A DNA stretch of 32,000 nucleotides, from NCBI GenBank assembly GCA_025839675.1, contig CP104013.1, positions 2,310,001-2,342,000 of the forward strand, written 5' to 3'. The notes under the pieces were generated by a model. It saw nothing but the letters and a program-made list of their open reading frames with translations, ran no database searches and was not told the DNA's origin. Within the stretch, counting starts at the first letter, position 1, and each line of letters starts with the position of its first letter. A program made the position numbers and the translations under genes. Below, piece after piece: positions 9,440 through 18,061 of the stretch. Origin of the DNA: Candidatus Lokiarchaeum ossiferum. Lineage in GTDB: Archaea; Asgardarchaeota; Lokiarchaeia; Sigyniarchaeales; Promethearchaeaceae.

Positions 9440-10720
9440 TTAGTTACCAGCTTTGACTGGAACTGGATGGAGATTTGTGTCAGAATCGTCCGCTGGTATA
9501 GATAAGTCACACGATGCGCGTGATGTTTTCCATCGATATAATGCTGTATACCCGAACACAGCAACCATTGATGTAATTCCACAAATATACCAAACCCAAT
9601 TTGAATTATATTTTTCCATGATCGTCCCAGTAATCACTACCCCCATGAGGTTTGGAATAAACCACGAAAATCCAAAAACGGCCATATACCTGCCACGTTT
9701 ATCTTCTGGAGCCAATCGAGCAACAATTGCTTCACTCACAGGAGCATTAATCATTTCTCCGACCGTAATTATCACCATTGCAACGAAGAACATGAAAGTT
9801 GAACTCACAAACCCATACATCCCAAATCCAATCGCATAGAGCAAGGTGCCCTCAGCAATAACTTTCAGAGGAGGATATTTAGAGACTTTGCGAGTTAGCC
9901 AGAATTGTGTACAAACCACAATTAGGGCATTCATACTAATTAAATATCCATACATTTGATAGGAGAATCCATGCTCATTTAGGAGAAATATTGACAAAGT
10001 GCTACTCATTTGCATGTATACGAAACCCACGAGACAGGATATAAGCAAAAATATCATATATGGACTATCTTTAAAAACATATTTATAGCCTTTCAAAGTC
10101 TCTATTAAGGATTCAGTTTGTTTTTCTTCCTTTACAGGAGGTTTTGTTTCAGGAATGACCATCAACACCAATATAGCAGTTAGAATACTCGAAATTGCAT
10201 CCCCTCCGAATAAATACATGTAAGATGAGGAAGCTAATAGGCCACCTAAAGCAGGTCCAATTGTTGCAGAAATGTTCATGGAAATCCTAAGAATTCCAAA
10301 ACCTTCCATCTGTTGCTTTTCTGGCAGAAGATCAGCAACCATCGCTTGTTGTGCAGGCATTCCAATATCTCCAAGAGCACCGAGAAGTAATGAAATGATA
10401 TAAAATATGGTAAGATCGTTGATGAAACCCATCAATAAACTTCCTAAACCACTTATTACTAAGCCAAACAACATAATTGAACGTCGACCATATTTATCTG
10501 TTAGCATCCCTCCAAGAAATCCTCCAAAGAGAGCTCCGATAGCGTACATTGAAAACAGTAGCCCTACTTCAATCATAGTAACTTCAAAATGCTCCATAAC
10601 GTAGATAGAATAAAAGGGGAAGAGCATAAATCCCCCTAATTGATCGATGAATGTCCCTAAAACCAATACCCAGAATGGTTTCGGAAATTCTCGATAGGTT
10701 TGCTTCACTTTATTAAACAT
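9440..10720 (-). CDS. MFS transporter (tandem paralog of 8055-9335)
   Basis: Collinear with the neighbour at roughly 55-60% identity by eye (MFNKVKQTYREFPKPFWVL.., GGMLTDKYGRRSIMLFGL, PAQQAMVADLLP, IPETKP). ATG at 10720; the track start at 10729 is GTG. Confidence 0.85.
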   Translation of the reverse strand: MFNKVKQTYREFPKPFWVLVLGTFIDQLGGFMLFPFYSIYVMEHFEVTMIEVGLLFSMYAIGALFGGFLGGMLTDKYGRRSIMLFGLVISGLGSLLMGFINDLTIFYIISLLLGALGDIGMPAQQAMVADLLPEKQQMEGFGILRISMNISATIGPALGGLLASSSYMYLFGGDAISSILTAILVLMVIPETKPPVKEEKQTESLIETLKGYKYVFKDSPYMIFLLISCLVGFVYMQMSSTLSIFLLNEHGFSYQMYGYLISMNALIVVCTQFWLTRKVSKYPPLKVIAEGTLLYAIGFGMYGFVSSTFMFFVAMVIITVGEMINAPVSEAIVARLAPEDKRGRYMAVFGFSWFIPNLMGVVITGTIMEKYNSNWVWYICGITSMVAVFGYTALYRWKTSRASCDLSIPADDSDTNLHPVPVKAGN

Positions 10721-11066
10721 AGTAATCACTTTATTTTTTTTATGAACTTACATCAATTGATGGACATTTTTGTGAGAAAAATAAGGATTAATATCTCCAT
10801 TACTCAGAAAATTACCCACTCAAGATCTATAGATTCACGAATTGAGTGGTGTAGAAGAAGTCAGAAAATTAAATGGAAATTTCACATTTATTCGAATTCT
10901 AATAACATTCACAATTCAGATCTAGCTTGAAATGCAAATTCGATTCATACTGTTTCTAACGAACGTTTTTTTTTAAATGTTTTGTTTTTTTGATGTCCCC
11001 ATTTCCTCAATTGCCAATCTTTGGTCTCTATAAAATTCATTTATTTTTTCACGTAGGTTTAATTCA

Positions 11067-12026
11067 ATGTTAGATATTGGTATTGAAACAGTGAATCTTA
11101 CGAAGACGTATGGGGAACGTTGTGTTGTCGATGAGATCAACTTGAATATAAATAAAGGGCAATTATTTGGTTTTTTAGGACCTAATGGGGCAGGAAAGAG
11201 CACAACCATCAAAATGCTATCGACAATTCTACCTTCTACCAATGGCACTGCAAAGATTTTAGGCTATGATCTAAACAAAGAACGGAAGAAAATTCGTCAA
11301 GTGATTGGGGTATGCCCTCAAGAATTGGTTCTTTATGAATTACTTTCAGCCCGAGAAAATATTGAATTAATCGCTAAAATGTATGGCATTCCTCGTAGTG
11401 TGTATAAAGAGCGAATAGACGATTATCTGGGAAAAATGAATCTTCTCGATAGAGCAGATGATTTGGTCCGCAAATTTTCAGGAGGAATGAAGCGTCGTGT
11501 CAATGTCCTTATGGCCGTAGTCCATGATCCCGAAGTTGTTTTTTTTGATGAACCAAGTGCTGGTTTAGACCCTCAAAGTCGCCGAGTTGTTTGGGATTTC
11601 ATTAAGGATTTTGAAAAGCAAAATAAAACGATTATATTAACAACTCATAATATGGAAGAGGCCGATGACCTTTCTGAAGAATTAGCTATAATTGATCATG
11701 GAAAAATAATTGCTTCAGGTACCCCTCAAAATTTGAAGGGTAAAGCAGGAAATGGGGATATTATTGAATTTCGGTTGAATAGTGATGATTTTCATATTAA
11801 AGATGAGATAGTTTCAACATTAAATGAGATGGAGGATGTGCTTTGGGCAAAATCCTTGGGAAAAGAACGCATCGCATTTTGCTCTTTAGATGGATTAAAG
11901 AAGATTTCGACTTATTATGGATCTCTTCAACTCAAATATAATATAAAAATGAATGACTTAGTTATTCGCCAAAATTCCCTTGAGGATGTATTCTTAGATT
12001 TAACAGGGAGAGATTTACGAAATTAG
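11067..12026 (+). CDS. ABC transporter ATP-binding protein (ABC-2/NatA-like with C-terminal extension)
   Basis: Walker A GPNGAGKST, signature FSGGMKRR, Walker B VVFFDEPSAGLD, H-loop TTHNMEEA. TAG stop, with a TGA 6 codons later. Confidence 0.9.
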   Translation: MLDIGIETVNLTKTYGERCVVDEINLNINKGQLFGFLGPNGAGKSTTIKMLSTILPSTNGTAKILGYDLNKERKKIRQVIGVCPQELVLYELLSARENIELIAKMYGIPRSVYKERIDDYLGKMNLLDRADDLVRKFSGGMKRRVNVLMAVVHDPEVVFFDEPSAGLDPQSRRVVWDFIKDFEKQNKTIILTTHNMEEADDLSEELAIIDHGKIIASGTPQNLKGKAGNGDIIEFRLNSDDFHIKDEIVSTLNEMEDVLWAKSLGKERIAFCSLDGLKKISTYYGSLQLKYNIKMNDLVIRQNSLEDVFLDLTGRDLRN

Positions 12027-12034
12027 AAAGGAGA

Positions 12035-13294
12035 ATGCAAAAGATGATAAATACAATTAAATTAAAAACAAAATTAATCCAATTTGGAACTTTAATAGCA
12101 AAAAACTTGAAAATCACCCTACGAGATAAACAATCACTTATTTGGCTATTTGGCTATCCCCTTTTATGTATGGCAATTTACTCCGTTGCTTTTGGAGCAT
12201 CCGGAAGTCGGGCAAGTTATAATATCATTATTATCAACTATGATGTGAGTGATTCAGCCAATCCAAGTACCGATTTTGGAGCGAACGTTTCACTTATAAT
12301 TACGGATGAATTTCGGGATAACGCAAATCTTTCCCAATCGTTCACTCTTCACGAATCTTGGAAAAATGGCTCTTTGATCACTGAAGAACAAGCCCGAATT
12401 ATGGTGTTAGAAGAATCTATGGATGGTGTTATAATTATTCCCGCGAATTTTTCAGAAGTGATTATAGGAAGTACTTCTTGGTATTCAATGGCCCAACAAG
12501 GTTATTTGGGTGATGGATATGAAAGTTTAGTCAACACCACATTTCCATCAGGCTCTCCAAAATTGGAAATTATCACAACTGCAGATCCCATTACCTCTCA
12601 AATCATCCCCAGTTTATTTGATGGGATGGTAAATAATATTCTGTTGGGGATGAATAATATTTCAGCATTGGAAACGACTCTGGAAATAGGCCCAAAAGGG
12701 CAATCAGTCTCCTTTTTCGATTATTCAGCCCCAGGTTTTGCAATTCTTGGAGTATTGGTGTCTATTTCAAGTTTAACTGCAATAATTTGTACGGAAAAAT
12801 TTGAAGGTATGTTGGATCGTTTGGATACAACACCAGTTAGTCGTTCTATTCTTTTAGGAAGCGCTGGTGCAGCCCAATTCCTATTCTCAGCAATCCAGAT
12901 TGTTGTATTATTTGGAAGTATGTTCATCTTTGGGGTGAATATGTCACCCAAGGTAAATTGGTTACTAGCATTCTTGCTGGCTTTACTCTTTGCTTTTGTT
13001 TGTATAGGTTTGGGATTGATCATTTCAAGTTTCGCCAAAAATGCTCAAGCAGCAGGAAATTTGGCCTGGTTTGTTATCCTACCCATGCAATTTTTAGGCG
13101 GAACGTTCTTTGTGGTAGATGCTGAATTCACTAAAATTATTCCTTCCAAATATGTAAACCAAGCTCTTCGCCAAGTAATTACCTATGGAGCATCTTGGGT
13201 GACGGTTTGGCAAGATCTAGTTATATTACTCGGATTTGGAGTAGTTTTCAACTTACTTGGAATCGTCATCTTCATGAAAAAGAAGAAAATTTAA
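12035..13294 (+). CDS. ABC-2 type transporter permease
   Basis: Starts 8 nt after the ATPase gene. One N-terminal TM, a large extracytoplasmic loop, then 5 clustered C-terminal TMs, as is typical of ABC-2 permeases. Confidence 0.85.
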   Translation: MQKMINTIKLKTKLIQFGTLIAKNLKITLRDKQSLIWLFGYPLLCMAIYSVAFGASGSRASYNIIIINYDVSDSANPSTDFGANVSLIITDEFRDNANLSQSFTLHESWKNGSLITEEQARIMVLEESMDGVIIIPANFSEVIIGSTSWYSMAQQGYLGDGYESLVNTTFPSGSPKLEIITTADPITSQIIPSLFDGMVNNILLGMNNISALETTLEIGPKGQSVSFFDYSAPGFAILGVLVSISSLTAIICTEKFEGMLDRLDTTPVSRSILLGSAGAAQFLFSAIQIVVLFGSMFIFGVNMSPKVNWLLAFLLALLFAFVCIGLGLIISSFAKNAQAAGNLAWFVILPMQFLGGTFFVVDAEFTKIIPSKYVNQALRQVITYGASWVTVWQDLVILLGFGVVFNLLGIVIFMKKKKI

Positions 13295-13309
13295 TTTTTT
13301 TTTTTTTTT
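13295..13309 (+). terminator. oligo-T tract (15 T) immediately after the ABC permease stop
   Basis: A T15 run begins directly after TAA 13292-13294. It overlaps the stop of the convergent kinase gene. Confidence 0.5.
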
Positions 13310-14240
13310 AAAGGTTTCTCAAGAATTCTTGTGGGTTTTGATACCATGACGGGATATGATTTTGGAAACCATCATAGAATTTTACGATGTCTTTAATATT
13401 CTTCAACATGACTTTTACTTCTTGTTCACCAAAGGGTAAAGCCCACGAGAGAGAGCCAATCGCATTGGTGGCAATGTACACAGCCATTAACTGAAAAAAT
13501 AACTCCGGAACACAGTTGTTGAAATACCCGTGAATTTGACCTATAGCAAAGGGAACACTGATTCGCCAAGAAAAAATAATGCGATTAAACTCTTCCCACG
13601 GATCCCCATAATCCATCCGATTAAAATCAATCAATCCCAATTGGTTTGCTTGAGAAATAACCATATTACCTGCATGAAAATCTCCGTGTTGAAGGACTTG
13701 GGCACGATTAGATAATAAAGAAATATTTTTTTGCAAAAAAGTGATGATTTCGGTATCATGTTCAATTTTTATCCCACATTGTTGATATTCATCAATTTTT
13801 AGTTGAATTTTCTGAGAATAATATTGCTCCCAACTTGGATGAGATTCGGGAGCTGTGTGAGAATGGATTTTACGAAGGATTTTCCCCGCTTCAATCCCAA
13901 ATTCATATTGTTGCGATTTGCTAAGAAGGGGAAGAATTTTTTCAGCATCTTCACCTTCAATCCAAGAAAATAAAGAGTAAACATGAGTATTATCATTGGA
14001 TTTCCCAAAATCCAATGGATTAGGAAATGGTAAGTTTAGTTTACTGAGAATGTTCATATTTTCGTATTCCTCACGCTTAGATTGATACTGACACGCGTCA
14101 GCGATACGTAATAGCATCGGTGATCCAGTCTCATTTTCGATGTAAAATTTCTTATCCAGCGACCATCCTTTTGAAATGGGTTGGATGTTCATCCATTTAA
14201 TTTTTCGAGGGATAGTTTCAAGTAAATCTGAATGAAGCAT
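13308..14240 (-). CDS. aminoglycoside/choline-kinase-type phosphotransferase (APH family)
   Basis: Catalytic loop LQHGDFHAGNMVIS (HxDxxxxN) and metal-binding segment LGLIDFNRMDYGDPWEEF. 310 aa. Confidence 0.8.
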   Translation of the reverse strand: MLHSDLLETIPRKIKWMNIQPISKGWSLDKKFYIENETGSPMLLRIADACQYQSKREEYENMNILSKLNLPFPNPLDFGKSNDNTHVYSLFSWIEGEDAEKILPLLSKSQQYEFGIEAGKILRKIHSHTAPESHPSWEQYYSQKIQLKIDEYQQCGIKIEHDTEIITFLQKNISLLSNRAQVLQHGDFHAGNMVISQANQLGLIDFNRMDYGDPWEEFNRIIFSWRISVPFAIGQIHGYFNNCVPELFFQLMAVYIATNAIGSLSWALPFGEQEVKVMLKNIKDIVKFYDGFQNHIPSWYQNPQEFLRNL

Positions 14241-14590
14241 AATATGAACCTTAAAATAATAATAACATGCGCTAAATTGAACTTTTTGCTTTAATCACAA
14301 AATTTATATCACCAGGAGAATACCCATTATGATTTTTTTTATGATTGTTGATATGACAAAAGAACTATTGCAGTTTTACATCTCCAATTTACTACCACTA
14401 AAAATCATTTTTACTACATTATTCACATTTTTTAGCACATCATCCAGCTAAACTCAAATTAACTTATTAACTTTCAAAAAGATTTTACACCCAATGAAGA
14501 TAACTTTGAATAAATGCCAATCCATGAATTCATCCATGAATTTAGGTTCGAAATTTCAATTTATCTTGCATGAAATCTGAGTGAAAATTT

Positions 14591-15613
14591 ATGGAATTAA
14601 AACATAAAAAAATTCTAATTGGGATATTAATTGGTGCCCTGATTGGCAGTGCGAGCATTTTAACAATATCATTATTGAATTCACAAGGAAAAATAGGGTC
14701 TTTCACTGAAATTGGGCAAATTGATACCAATGGAGAAACAATGAACGTCCAAATTCGAGATAATATCGCTTATGTGATTGATACACAAGATGATAATCCA
14801 GGAGGACTAATGCTGATTGATATTAGTGATCCAGAATCACCAGAATTACTTGGCTCATATATTGACGGAGGAATGATTTGGGATTTTGAGCTTCAAGGTG
14901 ACCTCGCATACTTAGCAAATCGTTATGATGGTCTTGAAATTGTGAACATCAGCAATCCGAGTTCAATTCATCGCATCGGTCATTACCGTCCAGGACATGA
15001 AATTTATGATGTTGCAGTTCAAGGAGATTTAGCATACGTTGCAGCATGGGAATTAGGTTTTGAGATATTAAATATAAGTAATCCTACAACACCTACAAGA
15101 ATAAGTAGGCAATCCCTAACCGGAACGTGCATCAATGTTTTCCTGGAAGGGGATGTACTCTATGTGACAGATCATTTGAATACTTATACCAATATAGAGG
15201 CATATAACGTAAGTATTTCCACCACTCCAGCTAAATTAGGAGAATTTATGTTAGAAGCGCATGATTTCTTCTTCCCAATTGTCCATGGAGATTATTTATA
15301 TGTGGCCGATCATGGTTCAACAGGAGATTTGGTAATCCTAAATATTAGCGATCCGACAAGTATTGCTGAAATTGGGAGGTTTAAAGCAAGATCAGAGAGC
15401 TATCCCAACCGAATGTGTTTCAAAGACAACATTTTATATATGAGCGAGTATGAAAAGGGCTTAGTGCTAATCGATGTAACTGATCCGACAGAGCCTACGA
15501 TATTGAACACATACTTCAATGGTGGAGCCGGATATGGTGTAGCTGTGGCAGGTGATTATATTTATTTTGCAGCTCGACATGGAGGATTACAAATTTTGCA
15601 ATACACACCATAA
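14591..15613 (+). CDS. LVIVD-repeat (beta-propeller) protein with N-terminal signal anchor
   Basis: N-terminal TM (ILIGILIGALIGSASILTISLL) and repeated units GLMLIDISDPESPELLGSY / GLEIVNISNPSSIHRIGHY / GFEILNISNPTTPTRIS / DLVILNISDPTSIAEIGRF / GLVLIDVTDPTEPTILNTY / GLQILQY. Confidence 0.8.
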   Translation: MELKHKKILIGILIGALIGSASILTISLLNSQGKIGSFTEIGQIDTNGETMNVQIRDNIAYVIDTQDDNPGGLMLIDISDPESPELLGSYIDGGMIWDFELQGDLAYLANRYDGLEIVNISNPSSIHRIGHYRPGHEIYDVAVQGDLAYVAAWELGFEILNISNPTTPTRISRQSLTGTCINVFLEGDVLYVTDHLNTYTNIEAYNVSISTTPAKLGEFMLEAHDFFFPIVHGDYLYVADHGSTGDLVILNISDPTSIAEIGRFKARSESYPNRMCFKDNILYMSEYEKGLVLIDVTDPTEPTILNTYFNGGAGYGVAVAGDYIYFAARHGGLQILQYTP

Positions 15614-15943
15614 TTATAATCACCTTTTTGCTTTTTTTCTTTGGTTTCAAGGTTTCCCTCTTATTGCTCAATTATCTAGGCATTTTATACAGCTATAATT
15701 CATTTTTATCGCAAAGTTTTAGAGAAATAAATATAGAAATTTAAGAAATCTACGAAAAATGAGGTTAAGAAGTTTATGAAAATATTACCAAACCCCTTGA
15801 AAGATAAAAACCAGATTGTATTTTTGAATGATCAGTTTTATTGAACAATTCTGTTATTTTGAACACATTCTTAGAAAATTCTCATAAAAAATCAATAAAT
15901 ATCTTTGTCACTCACACAAATTTAGGGGAGAATCCCAGAAAAA

Positions 15944-17020
15944 ATGTCTGTACAAGTAAATATTCAATGCCCAAGTTGTGGTTTTCAAAAAAAAATTCCT
16001 GTCTCTGAAGATTATGTTAAAAATAAGGATTCAGGAACCGCAATTATAAAAATACCTATGAATGTGGTCTGTCAACATAAATTCTTTGCCTACATTGATA
16101 AAAATTTTGTTGTTCGAGATTATTTGCTCCCACAATTTGAATTTAATAATTATATGGTCCGGGTAAAAGAAATCCATGACAATAATCTACTGGATATTAC
16201 CAAAACAAACCTCGATTTTGAATATTTACTTAGTATTATATCTGGAACAGATCTCCGATCATTAATATATGCATGCTTTATTGAATCACCCATTATTTTG
16301 ATTGAAAATGACTTCAATCATCAACGGTTTAAACTCCTCGCTTCTATATTAACTTGGGTTTTTCCAAAAATTATTGAAACTTGTTTATTCTTAACTCCTG
16401 AGGAATTTCTAACTTACTCTCAGGAACATCCAGAGAAACTTACCCATTGTACCACCTACAATCTTCCATATAAACTCAGTGTACAAAAACCGTTCTTAGA
16501 TCATCAATCGGAAATGTTGCAAGATCGTCTCGAAGAAATCTGTGTGATAAAATCAAAATCACATTTAATTAAATGCAAGAATAAATTCGACTATCTTTCC
16601 AAATATGCAGAATTTGTTGTTGATTATCCTGAATTTAATGTGGCAAAGCTTGTAAAAATGATGAAGAAAAAATTTCCCGAGCAAAAAGATCTGTTTATTC
16701 CAGAAAATATTCAGCTAATGAGAGATAAAATAAATTTCACTCACATTGTGTCCTTTCCAGATCTTGATCCTTCTGCAAGTATTGGACCGATCTTTATTTG
16801 GAATGATGATATTGGGATTGATCAAATAGAAAATGTCTCCAATATTATTGAAAAATTATGTTTAACTGCGATTTATGAAGCTCACAAAATTTCCTTACAT
16901 AACTTATTGGAAGGATTACAAAAATTCGCCGTAGTGAAGATTGCAAAATTAACCTCAAACTCCTTAATAAAAATTATGGAAAAGTATATAAAAAAGGAGA
17001 AGTGGCTTTTAAAACAGTAA
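15944..17020 (+). CDS. N-terminal C2-CH zinc-ribbon protein with uncharacterised alpha/beta region (DENN-like motif block, tentative)
   Basis: 358-aa ATG..TAA ORF. CPSC (aa 9-12) .. CQH (aa 43-45), then YIDKNFVVRDY. The same module recurs at the C-terminus of 28144-29184. Confidence 0.7.
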   Translation: MSVQVNIQCPSCGFQKKIPVSEDYVKNKDSGTAIIKIPMNVVCQHKFFAYIDKNFVVRDYLLPQFEFNNYMVRVKEIHDNNLLDITKTNLDFEYLLSIISGTDLRSLIYACFIESPIILIENDFNHQRFKLLASILTWVFPKIIETCLFLTPEEFLTYSQEHPEKLTHCTTYNLPYKLSVQKPFLDHQSEMLQDRLEEICVIKSKSHLIKCKNKFDYLSKYAEFVVDYPEFNVAKLVKMMKKKFPEQKDLFIPENIQLMRDKINFTHIVSFPDLDPSASIGPIFIWNDDIGIDQIENVSNIIEKLCLTAIYEAHKISLHNLLEGLQKFAVVKIAKLTSNSLIKIMEKYIKKEKWLLKQ

Positions 17021-17058
17021 TAGAGTTGTTATAAAAATTCTATGGAGAAAATATCAAA

Positions 17059-17382
17059 ATGGATCCAATTCCTCTCTTATCTCTAGTTTGTTCATCAATT
17101 GGAGCAGTTTTATTTGCTATAGCGGTCGTATTTGAATTCAAAATTATTAAGAAATTGAAACAAATTAAAAAGCCTATTTCATGGGCCTTCCTAACCTTCT
17201 TTACTCTCTTCTTTATTTTAGGATATATAGTCAATATTATCAGCATTATTTGGGAACTTGAGATATTGCAACAAGTATTTGGCGCACTCGTCTTCATCTT
17301 TGGCGCCATCTTCCTTTTAATAGTAATTATTGTTAGTTTTCATACATATGGGATGATTTTTGAAGCTGCAGAATCTACTTAA
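17059..17382 (+). CDS. small membrane protein (3 TM)
   Basis: 107-aa ATG..TAA ORF 38 nt after the previous gene, with three clear hydrophobic helices. Confidence 0.55.
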   Translation: MDPIPLLSLVCSSIGAVLFAIAVVFEFKIIKKLKQIKKPISWAFLTFFTLFFILGYIVNIISIIWELEILQQVFGALVFIFGAIFLLIVIIVSFHTYGMIFEAAEST

Positions 17383-17480
17383 CTTCTGAGAGTGTATTGT
17401 TTTTTTAAAATGGGCTGAAAGTTGTTTCAATAGCATAAATGGGTGGAAATCAAAAATAAAAAAAAAAAGACCTTCTAAGA

Positions 17481-17566
17481 TTATTTCTTAATTGGTGCTG
17501 TACAAGGATCAATATCTAAGACCACACCGATAGATACAGTTCGGACCACATCATGAACTGTGACAG
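17481..17566 (-). pseudogene. orphan fragment of the EF-1alpha 3' end (last ~28 codons plus stop)
   Basis: 17492-17565 aligns with 19867-19940 with 15 mismatches in 74 nt (counted by hand). It translates on the minus strand to VTVHDVVRTVSIGVVLDIDPCTAPIKK* versus VAVRDMGRTVSVGVVLDIDPGSAPTKKKA* in the intact gene. Confidence 0.75.
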
Positions 17567-17998
17567 CTAAATTAGTAGAATTTATTTTAGAAGCTTATGA
17601 TTTCATTTTCCCAATTGTCCATGGAGATTATTTATTAGTGGTCGATCATGGTTCAACAGGAGATTTAACAATCCCAGATATTAGTGATTTGACCAATATT
17701 GTTGAAATTGGAAGATTTAAAGTAAGATTAGATAGCCATCCCAACCGAATGTGCATCAAAGACATCACCTTAAATATGGGCTAGTATGAAAAGGGCTTAG
17801 TGCTAATCGAGAAAACCAATCCGACAGATCCAACGTTATTGAACTTGTACTTCAATGGTTGAACCGGATATAGTGTAGCTGTGGGAGGAGATTATTTTAA
17901 TTCTGCATCTCGAAACAGAGGATTACAGATTTTAAATGCACTCCAAATAAAATTCCATTTTGCGTTTTTTTCTTTGGTTTCAAGGATTTCAAACTTAT
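17564..17998 (+). pseudogene. decayed duplicate of the 3' third of the LVIVD-repeat gene plus its 3' flank
   Basis: Collinear with 15229-15668 at roughly 80-85% nt identity by eye. I saw no indels in the coding part. There are two in-frame nonsense codons (TAG 17782-17784 where the parent has GAG; a TGA where the parent has GGA). The downstream TTTGC(G)TTTTTTTCTTTGGTTTCAAGG flank is also copied. Confidence 0.85.
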
Positions 17999-18061
17999 TT
18001 CCGATAAAGTCTATTTTTTCTTTTCCTTATCTTTTTAGGATATTTTTGACTTACTGAACTA

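Noticed and set aside
8671-10604. Plus-strand track ORFs inside the MFS genes (8671-8928, 9453-9839, 10407-10604 and similar)
   Set aside because: They are antisense to well-supported transporter genes and have no motifs. These are typical shadow ORFs.
10973-11248. 91-aa minus-strand ORF overlapping the ABC ATPase start
   Set aside because: It is antisense to the Walker A region of a confidently identified gene and has no independent support.
17560-17784. 74-aa track ORF as a real gene
   Set aside because: It is the in-frame surviving part of the decayed LVIVD duplicate. It starts at a non-homologous GTG and ends at a TAG where the parent has GAG, and homology continues beyond the stop.
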